Made by a program: the position numbers and the translations under genes. DNA of 64,000 nt from Lawsonibacter sp. (lineage in GTDB: Bacteria > Bacillota > Clostridia > Oscillospirales > Oscillospiraceae). Positions within the stretch are counted from its first letter, which is position 1. The number at the start of each line of letters is the position of its first letter. The stretch is from the NCBI GenBank assembly GCA_045601985.1, contig JAZSAQ010000101.1:17019-81018 (forward strand), in the 5' to 3' direction. The notes beneath the pieces were generated by a model that did no database searches, had not been told where the DNA came from, and saw only the letters and a program-made list of their open reading frames with translations. Positions 30,753-41,706 of the stretch are shown here, one piece after another.

Positions 30753-31527
30753 TGTTGCCCACCTCCAAGGTCTGTAGTTTGTATCGACGGCCACCGTAAA
30801 CAACGGAGCCATTTTTCGCTGCGCACGGGAAATGAATCGATCCGTTTTTCAACAACAAGTTGTTCACGATAGCCTCGCCACACATATCCCACGCAAACTG
30901 CTTCGAATTCTCGCGCCCGTAACAAATGTCCAGGACTATCTCGCACAACTCATCTTCCGCAGGACACGCTTCGGCGCACGCAGCTTTGAACTCTTCGCCC
31001 AAAACACGCCGATAATCAATCAGCTCATCTTCGGGCATGTGCGACGCATTGGCCTGACGCAGGCGCCACATATAATCCTGGTAGAGGGCATACACTTTGT
31101 TTTTCGTGTACACAGAATAGGCGACGCCACTTTTCAGTATGCTCGGGTCAAATTTGTGCTCGCTGTGTGTGCGCGGTGCGGCCGACGCAAAATACGCTTC
31201 GCACATCGCACAGATGCGATTGATGACCCCGTTAGATCTCTGAACCGGGCACAGCCGGTCGTACCACATACGAAAATTTTGGACACTCTCAGTCTGCTCG
31301 ATGGAGTCCAGCTGGTTGAACGGCACGCCGAACATCAGTAGGCTTTGTGCGTTGGCGGCCTCGTGGAAAGCAAGATAACGTGCCCGCTGCTCAGGATATC
31401 GATAAATCATGAAGTATGGCTTTTTGCTGGCGCAGATTGCCTCATCAATGGGGTTAGAGCTATCGGCGGCCGCCTTTTCGTTGTACCATGCCTTTGGCAT
31501 GGGTTGGGCGACGACGCCCTTCATTTT
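30730..31527 (-). CDS. YonO-like RNA polymerase, exon 2
   Basis: Splicing restores ...NVID-KMKGVVAQPMPKAW; KKPYFMIYRY motif. Confidence 0.8.
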   Translation of the reverse strand, partial: KMKGVVAQPMPKAWYNEKAAADSSNPIDEAICASKKPYFMIYRYPEQRARYLAFHEAANAQSLLMFGVPFNQLDSIEQTESVQNFRMWYDRLCPVQRSNGVINRICAMCEAYFASAAPRTHSEHKFDPSILKSGVAYSVYTKNKVYALYQDYMWRLRQANASHMPEDELIDYRRVLGEEFKAACAEACPAEDELCEIVLDICYGRENSKQFAWDMCGEAIVNNLLLKNGSIHFPCAAKNGSVVYGGRRYKLQTLEVGNNEGYCAE

Positions 31528-32545
31528 CCTTTATACCCTCGGTTTCCCGATATTTACTAGGGGAGTAGAGCACATCATAAAGTCTTAAAGACTTCCGTGG
31601 CACTTCTGGTGTCGGAATTGCGCCGGCACCATACGGACTTCATAGCCAGTTCTTGGCCGTGTGTCCTGCTCGTTGCACCTTCCGGGGCGTCCCCACCCCG
31701 GCTTGGCACAGGATTGTCATATGTGTGTATGTGTATTATTCGATGTATTTCCAACGCTTATAATTGCAAATGTCCGACACGCACTGATAGGTGACGCCGA
31801 ACCGTCGGCCAATCTCGCTATACGAGAGCTTCTCGTCTCGGCGCAAGGCTCGTATTTCGCGCACCTGGTCTTCGGTCAGTTTAGCAAGCACCGACCTTTC
31901 TCCGGCGTGTGACACACTCAGCGAATGCTTCCACTCATCGGTCAAGGCTCCGCGCACCCTCCCTTTGCGAGTCGCAGACATCTTGCGCTTCGTGGCGTCC
32001 GACGCTTTCCGCCCCAGGTTGTGTTCGCGGTTTTTAGCGCCCACCAATTGCTTCGCGTGGTCCGACATAGGCACGCCCACATATCCGGAGCGTCCGCCAC
32101 CGCACTTGTTGTAAGCCGCGCCGCTCTCGCGGTACTTCGCGATGAACTCCGACTCCAAACGATCTATGTCCTCGCGGCCGCACCGAGCCAATACCACAAA
32201 CCGAAACGCACATTCGCCATGCTGTGCAAAATCTGCCTGCATTTCGACACATCGATGTTTACCGTTTCTCAAGAGCGAGAAGTGGCTGTCTCTACGATCG
32301 CCAAAATTCATTAGCGTCTGCCCGACATAAACACGGCCGTTCACCGTATTCTCGATGGCATAGACTCCTGTGGTTTGGTAAAGCTGATCTTCACGTTTCT
32401 TCATATTTCACCTCCTTTTACATTGCATACATACACACACTTAGATTTTCCCTGTTAGCCGCGCCTTCCGGCGCGACACCCCAGATGTCTGGGTTCACCA
32501 CGTTATTCGATACACCTCACGGTGTAAAGCGACATTGATTTACAT
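31528..32545 (-). mobile_element. Group I intron in the RNA polymerase gene
   Basis: 5' splice after U with P1 CGAU|AU pairing AUGUCG (U-G at junction); terminal G at 31528; P (AACAGGGAAA), Q (AATCCTGTGCCAAGC), R (GCAACGAGCA), S (GATGTGCTC), P3 CGTGG/CCACG. Confidence 0.88.
31736..32404 (-). CDS. Intron-encoded GIY-YIG homing endonuclease (NUMOD3-like repeats, HTH)
   Basis: GVYAIENTVNGRVYVGQT, AYN, SDATKRKMS, KLTEDQVREIR HTH; own AGGAGG RBS. Confidence 0.88.
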   Translation of the reverse strand: MKKREDQLYQTTGVYAIENTVNGRVYVGQTLMNFGDRRDSHFSLLRNGKHRCVEMQADFAQHGECAFRFVVLARCGREDIDRLESEFIAKYRESGAAYNKCGGGRSGYVGVPMSDHAKQLVGAKNREHNLGRKASDATKRKMSATRKGRVRGALTDEWKHSLSVSHAGERSVLAKLTEDQVREIRALRRDEKLSYSEIGRRFGVTYQCVSDICNYKRWKYIE

Positions 32546-34480
32546 ATCGATAACATTTTGTTGGAGATGCTGCCCCGCCGTGATGCGGTACTGCAACTCT
32601 ATGTACTCGGGCGTGTCCGGTGCGAAGAGCGACTGCAGCTCCGTCTGAGCCGTGATGCGATTGGTAACAGAACCAATCTCGTCGCCAAACCCCAGCACGT
32701 TGGCAGCGATCAAGTCATCCTCGGAAGGGACACACTTCCGCGCCCGGCGTTGCTCACATTGAATGGGTAGTACGTCGCGTACATTATCAACGAGAACCCG
32801 ATTGTCAGTTAAGAAAATCAAGTCCCCATCTTTATCCGCTCCATTCAAGGCGTGCGTCGTCATATCCCACGCATTCAGCACCGTCACCGTATCCATGTAC
32901 TGGTACCAATGCGAAGCGCTCCATCCATTCTGCACGCGCAGCTTGGCGATATTGTGGTGGCTGGACATGGGCGCCCGGAAACAGGCTACGTCTTGCGCGC
33001 CCGCCTCAGCCCAGTATCGGTTGTATAGCTCGCCGGCTTTCAAGATGCCTTTCACCGGCAAACCCCACATGTTCTGACATAGGGCAAACGGATCGCCACT
33101 AATCACAGAAAAATTGCCATGCACCTTCAATTTGCCGAACTTCGACTCGGTCACTTTCTTCTTGACCAAAGATTTGATCTGATGGCGCACGTACGGGTCG
33201 TAAAGCATCTCCGGCTCGGCCATCAAAGCCGCAACCCATGGCTGGTCTACTGGCCACGCATTCTTCTCGGAAACCTGTGTGCCGCGCAGGAATAGCAGCG
33301 CCTTGGCGTAATCGTCCCCCATTACATCCGTCAGCTCCGTCACGGTAGGCTCTATCAACTCCCAGATGTCATCGTCGCTCAGACGGAATGACTGGATGAA
33401 TTGGTAGTTGAGCCGGCGCTCCGTATCCAATTCCTTGGGCGTCGCCTTAGTCGCCGAAAAACAATATCCATTTACCTCGCAGTGGGTCAGATATTCGTCG
33501 ATGCTCCCATAGCTATCCCACAACTTTAACATGGACGCAGTCAACACCAAATCCACGTTGCGGATGTCGTGCACCACGCCCCAGATGTCTCGCACTTCAT
33601 AGCTGCCAGCCACGCTCTCGGCGAACTCATGGAAATCGAATGCAAAGACCATACCTTTACAAAAACTGTTGCGCAGACAGATGCCCGCCGGGCGGTAATC
33701 GAGACGCAGGTCGTAGCCCCACTGTCTCGCCAGCGCAGGGGACATCAGGCCAAAACCATCGCTGTCCACCAGCTCCACTTCGCCGTCGTGGACAACGGAC
33801 ATGTCGGGCGCCCCGTTATCTCCGTCCTTCAGCAAAATGTAGGAAGATTTGAAATGCGTTACGCAATCATCCACGACCAACACGCCGCGCGGAGCCGACA
33901 GGGGAATGGAGGCAGAACACACCAGAGCTTTATACGCCTCCAACTTTGCCGGCACAAACTCTTTGCTCATGTCGCGCCCGTTCTCGATGCGCCGCTTCAA
34001 TTCTTCAATGAGCGGTCTGCCGTTCCGGGCTGTTTCCGATACGAACACGACCGTGCTATTTTTCACGCCGCCCGTAGTGCCGACCAGGCGCACATACCGC
34101 AGACCGTTAACAGTAAAACCTCGGCACGCCCGCCGGAATGCGGTCTTACCCGAGCTGACCAAACACAGGTACTCCGGCATGAACTGGATGTTTACCATTT
34201 CTTGATGGATCTGCTTAATGCGCCGGACCTGCTCCTTAGTCTTGTCTTGCTTGCGCAACTCTCGCAATTCTTGCTTGAGCGTCTGCATCGTGTCGGTGGC
34301 CGTCACGCTGTCCACGCCCACGATGTCCTCAATCATACGAATGCATGTGCTCTCAGCCAGGGAGATCACTTGGCCAGCGCGCTTCGCCTCCGCCAAATCG
34401 ATTGTTAGGTTCCAGTTGTTTGCTGACAGCACGTCGGTTGTGATTTTCAGAACGTGCCGATAATAAGATTGTTGTCTTAT
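32546..34480 (-). CDS. YonO-like single-subunit RNA polymerase, exon 1
   Basis: SDGFGLMSP, R..FCKG, FRAP and catalytic NGADKDGD (DxDGD); probable ATA start at 34480 (ORF open from 34618). Confidence 0.85.
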
Positions 34481-34595
34481 GACGCTTCCTCCTTTGTCGC
34501 ATAACTTATGCGAAAATTTGCGTCGATTCCGACCAGACGTCTCCGTGCCTGCGGAACTCTGTATCTTCGCAAATAGCTCCGAATTTTTGCATATC

Positions 34596-34886
34596 TTATG
34601 GGAGTTTTTGAGCTTCAAGCAGCTCCGCTAGCCGCGCGGTGCGCAAGGCGATCTGCTCCACGCTCAGTGGCTTCCGCTTCGCCTTTGGTTTGGGCTCATT
34701 GAACCACGACGCCGGGCATTGTACGGACAAGCCAAACTCGGGGTCGTCCATCAACACCCGCACCTCATCGGGATTATCTGCAATTCTCCGCCGGAGGCGG
34801 TTTATGTATTTACGGTCGTTGGTGCTGTACACCAGATGGTCCTCTCCGGCCACCAGTTCTACCACCGTCTCCCGGATCTCAGCCAT
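34596..34886 (-). CDS. Hypothetical protein
   Basis: 96 aa with GGAGG RBS. Confidence 0.6.
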   Translation of the reverse strand: MAEIRETVVELVAGEDHLVYSTNDRKYINRLRRRIADNPDEVRVLMDDPEFGLSVQCPASWFNEPKPKAKRKPLSVEQIALRTARLAELLEAQKLP

Positions 34887-35058
34887 CGGAGTATTCCTCC
34901 TCCATCTCTCGATACTGAGCTATATTCTCGGCCAGCACCCCATCATAGAACTCAAGGTCCATGGAGTCGTCGGCGGGCGTGTAGTCTTCGCAGGGGTGCT
35001 CAGCGGCGCACTGGTCGTGCCAGATGCAGGTTGTGCAGTTACGTGGGGAAGCTTTCAT
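34879..35058 (-). CDS. Small Cys-rich protein (59 aa)
   Basis: MKASPRNCTTCIWHDQC...PCEDYTP; AAAGGA RBS, stop overlaps next gene. Confidence 0.5.
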   Translation of the reverse strand: MKASPRNCTTCIWHDQCAAEHPCEDYTPADDSMDLEFYDGVLAENIAQYREMEEEYSDG

Positions 35059-35228
35059 AGATTGACAAATCCTTTCTGTTCATGTCTCACATCATCCTTT
35101 CTGTATTTTGGAGCTGTGGGAAATTTGGGTATAAAAATACCCCATGATATGTGATGAGTGGGCAGGCCGGGGCAACGGCCTATCATTAACGTAGGTGGGG
35201 CTAACACCTCGCGCTAACTTCTATGTAA

Positions 35229-36455
35229 TTAAGGGGCATCAGCTAGTTCTTTCAGCCAGCCGTGCAGGAGGCCGCGCATGCGGCTGCTGGGCACGTACAC
35301 CCAAATCTCTTCACCGCATCGGATGGCGGATCGCCAGACCCACTGGATCATCTCCGACAGGGCGTATCGGTCCTCGTGTATTTCCACCCCCTGGGACAGG
35401 AAGTAGCGCTTGAGGACGGGATGAAAGTAGACGTTCACACAATAGGCCAAGTAGTGTCGGTCGCGGAACGCGTTGGTTGCTCGTGCGTTATACGAGAGGA
35501 AGCTCTTCTTGTATCCGTTGACGTTAAAGACTCCCTTTTGCTCCTTGAACGTAGTCCACATGCAGTCGGAGCCGGCCGCGCTGTAACGGTGCCGAAACAC
35601 ATTATAGGTCATCTTGGCCAAGGCTTTGATCTTCGACCCTTTGGTGGTCTTGCGGTCAATTTTATACCAGTTAGCCGACAGGGCGGCGCGAGCCTCTCCG
35701 AAGGCGTTGGCTTTCTCGTCGGCCAGGATGTGGACTTTGTCGATGAGCTGCTTAGCGTATTGGGGGATGGAGCCTGGGGGTGCAAAGCGGTAGCCCGCAT
35801 CGGTGTGTTCCACGCCGAGATACTCGAAGTCGATGCCGTGCATCTTATAGTAGTAGCACTGCGTCTGCGCCTCGAAGAGGTAGGTGAGCACATACACCTC
35901 AGCGAAGATATTAAAGGTGTGTGCCGGCACAGACCAGAACAGGAGCTTATCTTCGAAGAAGAAGAGATTCCGCATCTGGGCTTTGCTCTTCAGCTCGACG
36001 AACCGACCCTTGTAATCCTCCTGTAGCCACTGCACATGGACACCGTCTTCTTCCATAGCAATCACGCCGGCCTGGAACAAAACACGGAAGTCATCCACAG
36101 AGACGTTCTCTCGCTCCACTACGTTCATAACCTCGTCGAGAATGAGGGTGTAGCCTTGGGAGGCAATCAGCTCACGAATCTCGTCCGTGTACAGGGCGAA
36201 CAGGGCGTGTGTGCTGGCGATGTTGTCGCCGGCCAGTAGCAGCGCTTGGAGAGAGTCAATCTTCCGGGTCCAACGGTCAGCCTCGGGGGCAGGTTCAGAG
36301 AAGTAGAGCTCCGGACAGGAGCGCTGGATACGTTTGATCTCTTCCAGGTAAGGGGTGATGAACAGATACCGCCGGCCGGGGTTGGCTTTCATAAAGGCGA
36401 TAGCTGCTTCTGTTTTGCCCGACCCGGGGACCGAGTCGACCACTTTTACTACCAT
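35229..36455 (-). CDS. Helicase-like P-loop NTPase
   Basis: PGSGKT Walker A, LILDEV Walker B, QWVWRSAIR motif. Confidence 0.75.
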   Translation of the reverse strand: MVVKVVDSVPGSGKTEAAIAFMKANPGRRYLFITPYLEEIKRIQRSCPELYFSEPAPEADRWTRKIDSLQALLLAGDNIASTHALFALYTDEIRELIASQGYTLILDEVMNVVERENVSVDDFRVLFQAGVIAMEEDGVHVQWLQEDYKGRFVELKSKAQMRNLFFFEDKLLFWSVPAHTFNIFAEVYVLTYLFEAQTQCYYYKMHGIDFEYLGVEHTDAGYRFAPPGSIPQYAKQLIDKVHILADEKANAFGEARAALSANWYKIDRKTTKGSKIKALAKMTYNVFRHRYSAAGSDCMWTTFKEQKGVFNVNGYKKSFLSYNARATNAFRDRHYLAYCVNVYFHPVLKRYFLSQGVEIHEDRYALSEMIQWVWRSAIRCGEEIWVYVPSSRMRGLLHGWLKELADAP

Positions 36456-36794
36456 AAAAATCCTCCGTTTGCAAATGAATTATCCATTTTGCTGAAAAAA
36501 ATCAGCAAACCTTTTCAGCAAAACTTTTTTTAAGCAGGTGAATGTGTAACTGTTTTGAAGGCAAATCCTTGAAAGAAAGCAAGGTTCTTTGGCTCTATTC
36601 GAACTGCAAAGGTAAGGGCAGTTCTCATAGAGGGGTTGTCTTAATAATACAGCGAGGTAGGGGAGACGAATGTGTAGCATTGAAACAACCAAAAGTATGT
36701 AATATTGTTTGAGTAATTCGGCAGGGGACAACGTCGACCCTACCGAGCCTGTACACAAACGAGAACAGATAAGTGATGGATCAAAGCCTTTACA

Positions 36795-36850
36795 CAAACA
36801 ACTGTTCGAGTTAGTGTCTTAATGATAGCACAACGTCTGAGGAAAAGCAA
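36795..36850 (-). promoter_or_regulatory. Leftward sigmaA promoter with downstream LexA/DinR-like box
   Basis: TTGCTT-17-TATCAT on minus strand (36850-36822); CAAAC-AACT-GTTCG at 36795-36808. Confidence 0.55.
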
Positions 36851-37362
36851 GGTGTATTTGGAAGAAAATTTGCAGAAAAACTGAAAAGTCGAGGAAAACC
36901 TTACAGAATCTAAAATAAAAAATTAAAAATATTTATTTATTATAGTGGCTTCCAAATATGCTGGACCGGGGAGAAGTGGTGGAATCTGTAGGATTTAGCC
37001 GAGAATATGACCGAAGCAAAACGATGGTGTAGAGGCTAGAGAGGAGTGTATTGGCCTGGATGGTGGGTATGGCTTCGGGAAACGAAAAAATGTGACTGGG
37101 ATGGATCAACACCCAGGGTGTGGGTGGCGGTGGAATTTCCAGAAAATGTAAATCAACCCCCACGGGTCAATGTTCACCTTTTGGCAGGGGGGAACATAGC
37201 GGCACTACGGCCTTGCATTGTGGCCTTGTGTCCTGCCTTGTTTGCGCTCCGCTTGCGTTGTTGTCCTGCGTTCTCGTTCGGCGTGTTCCGTTGTTGTGCG
37301 TTCCGTCAATCGCTTGTAAATCAAGGCTTTTTTGCAAAAATAAAAAATTTTGAAAAAATATA

Positions 37363-37391
37363 TTGACATTATGGGAATAATCTGCTACAAT
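37363..37391 (+). promoter_or_regulatory. sigmaA promoter
   Basis: TTGACA-17-TACAAT with A/T-rich UP region. Confidence 0.75.
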
Positions 37392-37541
37392 ACAATCAAG
37401 CTGAACAACACACAACACAATACCACGCACAACTGTCAATAGTTACCCTGTTCTGTGGGGGTAAGACACACAACGCCGTTTTTCGTTCTTGTGCAAAGCT
37501 GTCCGTTGAGAATGAGCGGGCAAGGGCGAAAAAATTAACTC

Positions 37542-37570
37542 TTGACATTATGGGAATAATGTGGTATGAT
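37542..37570 (+). promoter_or_regulatory. sigmaA promoter (extended -10)
   Basis: TTGACA-17-TATGAT with TG; shares 19 nt TTGACATTATGGGAATAAT with the 37363 promoter. Confidence 0.75.
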
Positions 37571-38272
37571 GTAGATGTGCCAAACAGCACACCACAGCAC
37601 ACGGCCCACAACCCCACGCACAGGGCCGTGAATGACGGAACAGGGGCGAACAACCGCCCACGCCCGACCACGGCGTAACTTGTGGGATGTGAACATTGAC
37701 AACCACACACGCACGACCGAGCACACCCTGTTGTTATGGGTAAGTCTTGTATAAGGCAGTGCAAGGTCATAGGTGCGCTAATGTGGTAATGAACAAGATA
37801 CTGCAACGGTTGGCAACCTTAGCAGGAAAGCAAGTTTTCACAAATGCCTAACGAAAAACCGAGGGGATTAGTGTAACTTGGGACGGGGTCTGTGGCCTTA
37901 CAACCCACAGACGGACGGAACGATGTAAAGCAAGCCAAGCGGAACGCAACCGCTTCGGGGTGGTCGAACCCACCGGAAAACAAAGACGGAAGCACTGCAT
38001 AGAAACGGCAGAACAATCCAAGACACGCAAGCAACCTTTACGGGTGAGGTGCGCCAATGGGGACCTGGGCCGTGCGGAGTTGGCGGTGTACGGGAAATAT
38101 GCAAAAGAAGTTACCTGTCAGGGGGCAGACCGCCCTTTTGGCAGATTGACGATAAACCTATATCAAGCGCACAGGCCACAACCCTGTGCGCTTTTTTATG
38201 GGCTTATCCGCCCATAGCCTACCACATTCCACCATAGGCCGTCAAGGCCGCAATTTGAAAGGAGTAGCAAAA

Positions 38273-39175
38273 ATGAAAAAGACCGAGAACAAGACCACCG
38301 AGCAGAAGAACATCGCCCCCATCGTTGACGAAACCGCCAAGACCGCCGCCGAGTTGCTGGACGAGCTGAACGCCGTCACGGACGAGAATATCCGCAAGAC
38401 TATCGTGGTGCAGTTGGCCGAAGTCCTCAAAAGCGAAAACAAGGCCGCAACCAAAACCGCAATCCGTGCCTTGGTGACGAAGTACGCGGAGGACCAATCT
38501 GCCTTTTGGACCGAGTTGGTCAACAACCCCTACGCCCCCATTCTGAAACTCAAAGAGAATGAGGACGGCAATTTCGAGCTGACCCCCGGCAAGCGCCGTA
38601 TCCTGTTTTCGCAGGTGGACCACGCCTACGGCGAGGACAACAACGGCCGGTCTATCGCACAGAGCAAGAACTATCATCGGATGTTTGCCCGTCTGACTAA
38701 TAACCTGTACAAGGCAACTTGTGCGGAACTGTCCGAGGAAGCCAAGGCGGTTATCCGTGTTAAGTACCACGGCAAGGACGAGGAAATGGCCGTGGATTTC
38801 ACCGGGACGAGCATTGGCGCTCTGCTGGCTCAGGTGCAGGCAATCGTGGACACGATTTTCCCCGCTGACCAGACCGCCAAGATGGTGCGTGCTGATGTGC
38901 GTTACCTGCTCAAGGCGTTTACCAACGCCAAGGAGGGCGAAGTCAAGACCGCCAACGAGAAAAAGGTCGAGGCTGCCGTGCTGGATGCTTTCCGTGTCCG
39001 CAAGGCGGAGCAGGCGTACAAGGTGACCAGCACCGCAAAGTGCCACAAGGAGCCTAAGGTTAAGGCTGAGCGGTCCGAGGCCGTGGAGGAGCAGACCAGC
39101 CGCATCCCCGAGCGCCCCGAGGCCGTGGACACTGTGAAAAAGGCCGCCAAAAAGAGCAAGACCCAGGCCGCCTGA
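38273..39175 (+). CDS. Hypothetical early protein
   Basis: AAAGGAG RBS, 300 aa, strong codon bias. Confidence 0.75.
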   Translation: MKKTENKTTEQKNIAPIVDETAKTAAELLDELNAVTDENIRKTIVVQLAEVLKSENKAATKTAIRALVTKYAEDQSAFWTELVNNPYAPILKLKENEDGNFELTPGKRRILFSQVDHAYGEDNNGRSIAQSKNYHRMFARLTNNLYKATCAELSEEAKAVIRVKYHGKDEEMAVDFTGTSIGALLAQVQAIVDTIFPADQTAKMVRADVRYLLKAFTNAKEGEVKTANEKKVEAAVLDAFRVRKAEQAYKVTSTAKCHKEPKVKAERSEAVEEQTSRIPERPEAVDTVKKAAKKSKTQAA

Positions 39176-39328
39176 TGCCTTTGACGGGCCACAAGTCGGA
39201 ACCCATATTGAGCGCCGGAGCAAGTCCTCCGGCGCTTTCTTATGGGCTTTGACCCAATAAGTCTGCCCATAAAAAATCCTGCCCCAAGGCGGTGCAACGC
39301 CCGGAGCAGGAGGAAGGAGTGGATAGCC

Positions 39329-39436
39329 GTGAAAGGTTATACCACAAACGCAGGTTATATGGGTTTTGTTCCGTGGATGGGCAAGTATGTCTTGTTTGCC
39401 ACGGAGCAAGAGTACGCCGAGTACATCGCCCAATAA
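39329..39436 (+). CDS. Small protein (35 aa)
   Basis: AAGGAG RBS, MKGYTTNAGYMGFVPWMGKYVLFATEQEYAEYIAQ. Confidence 0.55.
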   Translation: MKGYTTNAGYMGFVPWMGKYVLFATEQEYAEYIAQ

Positions 39437-39709
39437 CCGCCAAGCCGTGGGCGGAGCAATCCGCCCCGGCTCCTTTATTATACATAAGACGGCATGTTTT
39501 GTCAAAACAAAATTAGATCCTCAAGGGGGTAGTCTACCCTTTTTGGGAGTCAAGAACGGAGGCAGAATGATATGTTTACATTGGTGGCGCTGACCGCTGG
39601 CTTGTTTGCACTTGCGTACTGGCTTTTTGGGGCCGTAGATAAGTGCTGTCAATGGTATTATGGAGCCGTGCGGCCTTGATGTGATTTCGAGCGGAACAAA
39701 AAAGTCGAT

Positions 39710-39739
39710 TTGACAGACGGATGGTTGATGGGGTATAAT
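39710..39739 (+). promoter_or_regulatory. sigmaA promoter
   Basis: TTGACA-18-TATAAT upstream of RHH gene. Confidence 0.6.
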
Positions 39740-39771
39740 ATAGACACCTAACAAAAACGAGGTGGGTGTCT

Positions 39772-39984
39772 ATGGCGTTTAACCAAGGCAAGTATATTGC
39801 GGGGTTTATGAGGGAAAACTACGACGAAATTAAGTTGCTCGTCCCCAAAGGAAAACGCGAGTTGTTGCGTAAGATTGCGACGGAGCGCAATATTGTGGGG
39901 GATAAAGGACGCATTTCGGTCAATCGTATGATTATTGAAGCCGTGGAGCAAGTTTACGGCATAGACCTGAGCAAAACTGAATAA
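39772..39984 (+). CDS. Ribbon-helix-helix (Arc-like) DNA-binding protein
   Basis: ENYDEIKLLVPKGKRELL...SVNRMIIEAV; followed by hairpin and T-tract. Confidence 0.7.
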   Translation: MAFNQGKYIAGFMRENYDEIKLLVPKGKRELLRKIATERNIVGDKGRISVNRMIIEAVEQVYGIDLSKTE

Positions 39985-40425
39985 GTCGCTTTAGGCCGCC
40001 CACCGTGGCGGTCTATTTTTATGCAGAAAGGAGCAGGCTATGAGATACTTTCGCAAAATCAACCAGTCCGTACACATCGGCACACCGGCCACAAGACTGT
40101 CCGTTTTTTGGCGCGATGGCCTGGCCGTCCGTTTGTGGGTTCACGACGATATCATTTTTGATTTTGGTTTCTAATTGGAGGTCACTATGCTGCACGAAAA
40201 ATATATTAACATGACCGAGGCTGGCGCTGATCACGAAGTCAACAAGTATCTGGCGCACGGCTGGTGGATTGACTACCAAGGACTTACCCTAACCATTATG
40301 CAAAAGGAATTTCTGCCTCTTGCTGGCGTGTCGCCGAATTAAGACCAACAAACAACACTTTGTTTCTCTTGCCGCCCAAGATGGCGGTATTTTTTATGCC
40401 AAAAACGAAAGGAGAGCACAGACCA

Positions 40426-40611
40426 ATGCCTATCAAAGAACCCTGTTATGGGTGTACTGACCGGCACGCTCACTGTCACAGCGAGTGCCCGAAGTGGGCA
40501 GCAAGGTGCGAACAGAAAGCCGCCGAGAAACACGAACGGATCGTGCGGCGCGATACTGTGCCTTGGACCGCAGCTCGGGTGCGAGCCTACAATAAATGGC
40601 TGGCTCGATAA
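40426..40611 (+). CDS. Small Cys/His-rich protein
   Basis: PCYGCTDRHAHCHSECPKW; AAAGGAG RBS. Confidence 0.55.
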   Translation: MPIKEPCYGCTDRHAHCHSECPKWAARCEQKAAEKHERIVRRDTVPWTAARVRAYNKWLAR

Positions 40612-40830
40612 GAGCCTATCACAACAAACTATAAGGAGGGTTAAATATGGGCGCAGTTGTGGGAAGCTTGACGCTGATGACGATGTCATTGCTGATTATG
40701 CCTATTGCGGAAATCCCACCCATCAAGCGCTGGCTCAATCGCAAGTTCGAGAACTTGCCGATGATGCGCAACTCCTAATTACCACCGCAGGAATTTTATT
40801 CAATCTCAATTACGAAAGGAAAGAAAATCA

Positions 40831-41682
40831 ATGAAAAGAACTGTCAACGCCGCCCCTCTGGACGGCAACCTCGCGAAGAACCCCAAGGCCACCAAGGTCA
40901 AGGTAAATCCTGTGAGCAAAGTTCTGCAGGACGCCACTTCGCTGGCCGGCGGTATTATGGTCGGCACTGTGCCCGTAGAACTCATCACCGTCGAGGAAAG
41001 CTACCAGCGCTACCTGCGCCCCATCACGTGGCCGAAATTCAGGCCAATTGGGACATCCGCAAAAGCGGCTTCTTGATGGTCAACCACCGGGATGGCAAGT
41101 TTATCGCTATGGATGGTATGCACCGCTTGGAGGTTGCGAAGAACAAGGGTGTCAAGGAGCTGAACTGCGTCATTTATGACGGACTGACCGTGGCTGAGGA
41201 AGCTATGATTTTCGCTGAACAGAACGACCGCACCCTGCGTATCTCTGTTCACGATAAGTTCCGCGCCCGTGTTGTGGGCGAGCGACAGTTCGAGAAGCAG
41301 GTGCTTAACCTGTGCAATATCTATTCTGTCAGCACCGACCCTAAGGGTTCGAACCAGGTCGGCGCCCTGTCTGCTTTGGGCACCGCAATCAAGATCGTGC
41401 AGCGGCGCGACCTGTACTGGCTCAATCTGATTTTTCCGTCTGGTCGAGCGGCTGGGTTGGCACAACGCCCGTGGTGGTTACAGCCGGACTGTCCTGCTGG
41501 CCGCCGAGCGGTATTTGACGGCCGCGGCCGACAAAGACGATGCCGTCAACAAGCTGGCTGCCGCGTTTGGCGCTGAACTGACGCCCAAGGACCACATCCG
41601 CCTCGCCAACGCAGAATATCCTCGGGCGGAGACCGACACGGAAGCATTGGCCACCTTCTGGAAAGCCAAGGTTTTTGGTTAA
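40831..41682 (+). pseudogene. ParB-like (DUF6551-like) protein interrupted by two frameshifts
   Basis: VEESYQR...NWD...MDGMHRL motifs spread over three frames; breaks at C4 run near 41019 and T5 run near 41431. Confidence 0.65.
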
Positions 41683-41706
41683 ATTAAAAACTTTTGAAAA
41701 AAGTGC

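Noticed and set aside
32540-34618. Eukaryote-type RNA-dependent RNA polymerase or pseudogene
   Set aside because: Context and motifs fit a YonO-type DNA-dependent polymerase, and the stop codon lies inside a spliceable intron.
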